A stretch of DNA of 29,390 nucleotides from an uncultured virus (IMG/VR IMGVR_UViG_3300030330_002454) (Duplodnaviria; Heunggongvirae; Uroviricota; Caudoviricetes): the IMG/VR virus record IMGVR_UViG_3300030330_002454; one strand, given 5' to 3'. This document shows, in pieces, positions 26,532 to 29,390 of this stretch. The notes below the pieces were generated by a model. It saw only the letters and a program-made list of their open reading frames with translations, was not told where the DNA came from and ran no database searches. How positions within the stretch are numbered: the stretch's first letter is position 1; each line of letters opens with the position of its first letter. The position numbers were made by a program, and so were the translations under genes.

Positions 26532-27541
26532 GATACCAATTCTTCAGCTACTGTTCTCCGTTCTGCAAGCTCTCGCTCGATTTCCTTGATTACATCTCTC
26601 TTAGACTCCTCGTATTTAACGATGTCATCTTGCATAGTTTCATGATCATGGGCAGCATAATCAGATTCAAGATAAATGTTCTCATTCTCACCATTTGTAA
26701 TAGCAATAGGATAGTACTCACAAGTACGCATCTTTGTATTATTGTAGTCAGATGGCACCGCTACAACATTACGAGGACTAACCAATACTTCCAATACTAC
26801 TCTATCACTATGTCCAAAATCGTGAACATACGCCATAGAACCTACGTGTAGACCTGCTGAACATGTTACATCAGGATCAGAGTCACACTCTTCTCTCGGC
26901 ATTGTTATAGGCGTGCCGACTTTAATAGTCATACCGTGTGAGCCAGAATGAAAAGGCTTAAACGTCATAGATTGAGACAATGTCTCTTCTACACGCTCAC
27001 CTGTCTCTTCATCATAACGAACATTAATTACCTCTTCGCCTGTTTCTACATCAAACTTACGTTTGACAGCAACAGCTTTGTATGCCAAGAAATAACCTTT
27101 GTCTGTAATAGGATGACCATTATGTTCTAAGAAGCTGAACAGCTGTTGTCTAACACCTTTATCAGGGTTAAGCAAAGTGTTCTTCCAGAAGTTAACCAGA
27201 GCCTCTACATTCAAACCTTTGTCGATATACTCCAAAAGCTTTTTAGCAAGAAACTCAGGTATCGGATCGCTTGTACCTTTAAGATACATAGCTGAATTAC
27301 CATCGAATTCAAATCTACCATCAGAATTAAACTCAATTTTCTTTGCAGGATTGCAAAGTTCTTCTATCTTTGTAATAATATCTTGTCTCTCTTCAAGAAT
27401 ATTACAAGAATTGTATTGCTTTACGAGAGCAATAACCAATTCAGCATCAGGAGAATCCTTTCGGATTCTCTTGTGCTTTCCATCAATAATTACTGTAACA
27501 TCACTAGGTGTTACTTTAGCTACTAAGTAGTTCATTTTCAT
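26528..27541 (-). CDS. rIIB: rIIB-like protein (T4 rIIB family); start may be at 27535
   Basis: 'FWKNTLLNP', 'LFSFLEH...PIT..G.FLAYKAV', 'MPREECD.D...TCSAGLHVGS..Y' and 'V.V.P..VVAVP.DYNN.KMRTCEY' form the rIIB-type core. Directly downstream of an rIIA-like gene. Confidence 0.85.
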   Translation of the reverse strand: MKMNYLVAKVTPSDVTVIIDGKHKRIRKDSPDAELVIALVKQYNSCNILEERQDIITKIEELCNPAKKIEFNSDGRFEFDGNSAMYLKGTSDPIPEFLAKKLLEYIDKGLNVEALVNFWKNTLLNPDKGVRQQLFSFLEHNGHPITDKGYFLAYKAVAVKRKFDVETGEEVINVRYDEETGERVEETLSQSMTFKPFHSGSHGMTIKVGTPITMPREECDSDPDVTCSAGLHVGSMAYVHDFGHSDRVVLEVLVSPRNVVAVPSDYNNTKMRTCEYYPIAITNGENENIYLESDYAAHDHETMQDDIVKYEESKRDVIKEIERELAERRTVAEELVS

Positions 27542-29390
27542 TTTGATTTTTAGCTGTTAATGTTAATTTAACTTGTTGATTGTCAGGCATTTTGTCCTTT
27601 AAAGATAAGAAATCTTCTATAGATTTCCTAGCTTTTGGAGCAAAGTCTACATAGTTTAGAAGCTCTAGACCTTGCGAATATTCTATCACTTCTTCTAGCT
27701 TATTTATCATCTTCATACTATACCTAACATCGTCTGGTATATCTAGTTTCATAATCTCTTTAACTATAGGTTTAAGATCATCGTCACAACGCCAACAACT
27801 ATTGGTATTGCTGTTATGATACTTATTAAGAGAACAATATAAACCATACAATGGCTTATCATACTCATCATAGTTACGTAAGAATTTAAAACTTTCTATA
27901 TACTTGCCGATTTGCTGTGCAGTAATAAATCTCTGCAGGTGTTTTGGGCTTTTCATAAACTCATGTGCTGTTATAAATCCTTCTAAATCTTTAAACTCTT
28001 TTGCTACATCTTTAGACACTTTTAGAACCTTGTAATGTTTCCCAAAGTAATAGTCATAGCCTCCATACTGATTGTAGATATAATCCTTGGTGCTGCTAAG
28101 TATCTTAACAACCTTATCAAGTTCATCTATATCTTTAGTCTCAGCATAGACAACAGCTTTTAAAGTAGGATTTTCTGCTTGCAGCTTTTCCTGAAGATCA
28201 GAAATCTTATACTCGTTATTACAATGTTTAATACCTACCTCATAACCAGTAACTTTAACATAAGCACTACGAGCAAACACCATCTTGTTTATTTTACGAC
28301 GAGTCTTATTGTCAACCACATCACCATGGGCTGCATCAAGCACTGCATCTTCTACATCATCATATGATAATTTAAACTTAGAACTTCCAAGGGCTTTAGC
28401 TACAATATTAAATACCATACGTTTTACATCTGCAGTACGAGAGTCAGTAAGGTTATGAGATTTAGCATCAAGTTTAGCACCTATCTTATGTATATCTGCT
28501 TTAAATGCTACAAAAGATTCCTCTTCTCTATCATTTATAATACCATAACTTTTAAGTTTACTAAAGTTACCTTGTACATAATACATATGCTCCACCTCTT
28601 TCATAGCATTAAAGAAAGTAGGCCAATCAAATATCTCTTTGTTGTATATAGTCTCGCCGCCTATAGCAGAAGAATTAACAGTTTTCTTACAGTGATACAC
28701 AGATATACCATCAAAGATTTGATGAAAAGCGCACTTACCTTGATAGCTAGCACTAGGACTAATGTCTATATTAGGCTTGTACGGTACATCATAAGCTGTT
28801 AGTTGTGCCATACTAGCTTTTACAGCTGATGCGTCACTGCTCTCAAGACATGAATATCTATAACCACCACTACCTATATTAGATATAGCAAGTAGATATT
28901 CAATGTAGTCTGTAAGATCAGAGTACCTATTTGATAAATCTTCCTTAAACTGCTTCTTCACATTATTAAGAGCAGTCTGAATAAGTGTGATAGTTTTAGG
29001 AGTGTATCGTATCTCTTCGCGAGAAGGTACAAGATCAAGCACACCAATCTGGAACTTAAAAGCTACACTAGCATTGTAATCATACTTGTCTACACCTTTT
29101 AGTAAATCCCAATTGATAGGATACCTAACTCTACCTACAAGAAGACATGGATCTGCACCATCATTAGTGATAACATAAGAGTCTGTTTCTTCTACCACAC
29201 TCTTCTTGTGATAATAGTTACGAACTCTGCCTATACCCTCTTCAACATTCTTTAATACAATGTTGTCAAAGTATGCAAGCTGATTACTAATAGCATCTCT
29301 AAAGTCAGAAGCATCATAGCTTTTCTTGATAGGTACAATAATAGTAGTACCATTCTGCTGATCTGTAGCTGCCTGATACACCTGATCCAT
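27516..29390 (-). CDS. rIIA: rIIA-like protein (N-terminal GHKL/HSP90-like ATPase region lies beyond the window); 5'-truncated
   Basis: 'NGTTIIVPIK' (end of a GHKL domain), 'VGRVRYPI' and 'FQIGVLDLVPSREEIRY' are characteristic of rIIA. Overlaps the rIIB-like start. The ORF runs to the window edge, so the listed Met is probably internal. Confidence 0.8.
   Translation of the reverse strand: MDQVYQAATDQQNGTTIIVPIKKSYDASDFRDAISNQLAYFDNIVLKNVEEGIGRVRNYYHKKSVVEETDSYVITNDGADPCLLVGRVRYPINWDLLKGVDKYDYNASVAFKFQIGVLDLVPSREEIRYTPKTITLIQTALNNVKKQFKEDLSNRYSDLTDYIEYLLAISNIGSGGYRYSCLESSDASAVKASMAQLTAYDVPYKPNIDISPSASYQGKCAFHQIFDGISVYHCKKTVNSSAIGGETIYNKEIFDWPTFFNAMKEVEHMYYVQGNFSKLKSYGIINDREEESFVAFKADIHKIGAKLDAKSHNLTDSRTADVKRMVFNIVAKALGSSKFKLSYDDVEDAVLDAAHGDVVDNKTRRKINKMVFARSAYVKVTGYEVGIKHCNNEYKISDLQEKLQAENPTLKAVVYAETKDIDELDKVVKILSSTKDYIYNQYGGYDYYFGKHYKVLKVSKDVAKEFKDLEGFITAHEFMKSPKHLQRFITAQQIGKYIESFKFLRNYDEYDKPLYGLYCSLNKYHNSNTNSCWRCDDDLKPIVKEIMKLDIPDDVRYSMKMINKLEEVIEYSQGLELLNYVDFAPKARKSIEDFLSLKDKMPDNQQVKLTLTAKNQNENELLSS

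Noticed and set aside
26454..28802. + strand ORFs opposite ung/rIIB/rIIA
   Set aside because: Antisense shadows of well-supported genes, with no independent evidence.
1..29390. Stop-codon reassignment (TAG/TGA), known in some crAss-like phages
   Set aside because: Standard-code ORFs tile the window almost without gaps. TAG (25772-25774) and TGA (26528-26530, - strand) appear to act as real stops.

Overview
An AT-rich window from a crAss-like (Crassvirales-type) podophage, probably infecting a Bacteroidota host. The + strand (1-25774) carries a tightly coupled late/virion module: tail ring protein, tail stabilisation (muzzle) protein, two putative ejected cargo proteins, and three giant proteins of 1898, 1984 and 1162 aa. 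The 1984-aa protein is a single-chain virion RNA polymerase (GSDFDIDK motif). A small ORF missing from the track and a 151-aa beta-rich protein follow. After a hairpin terminator, a convergent - strand block encodes rIIA-like (truncated by the window), rIIB-like and uracil-DNA glycosylase genes. Standard genetic code; no tRNA, CRISPR, intron or intein seen. Most striking observation: by manual scan the five putative ejected proteins (about 6,600 aa) contain only four cysteines, all paired across the two stop/start junctions flanking the RNAP gene (..NCE*/MSC.. and ..KCK*/MSC..). Both MSC proteins also share an N-terminal module, suggesting head-to-tail chaining of the giant proteins. Also noted: a GNAT-like domain on the 1898-aa protein and a candidate nested +1-frame gene. 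All family assignments come from motif recognition and synteny, not database searches.
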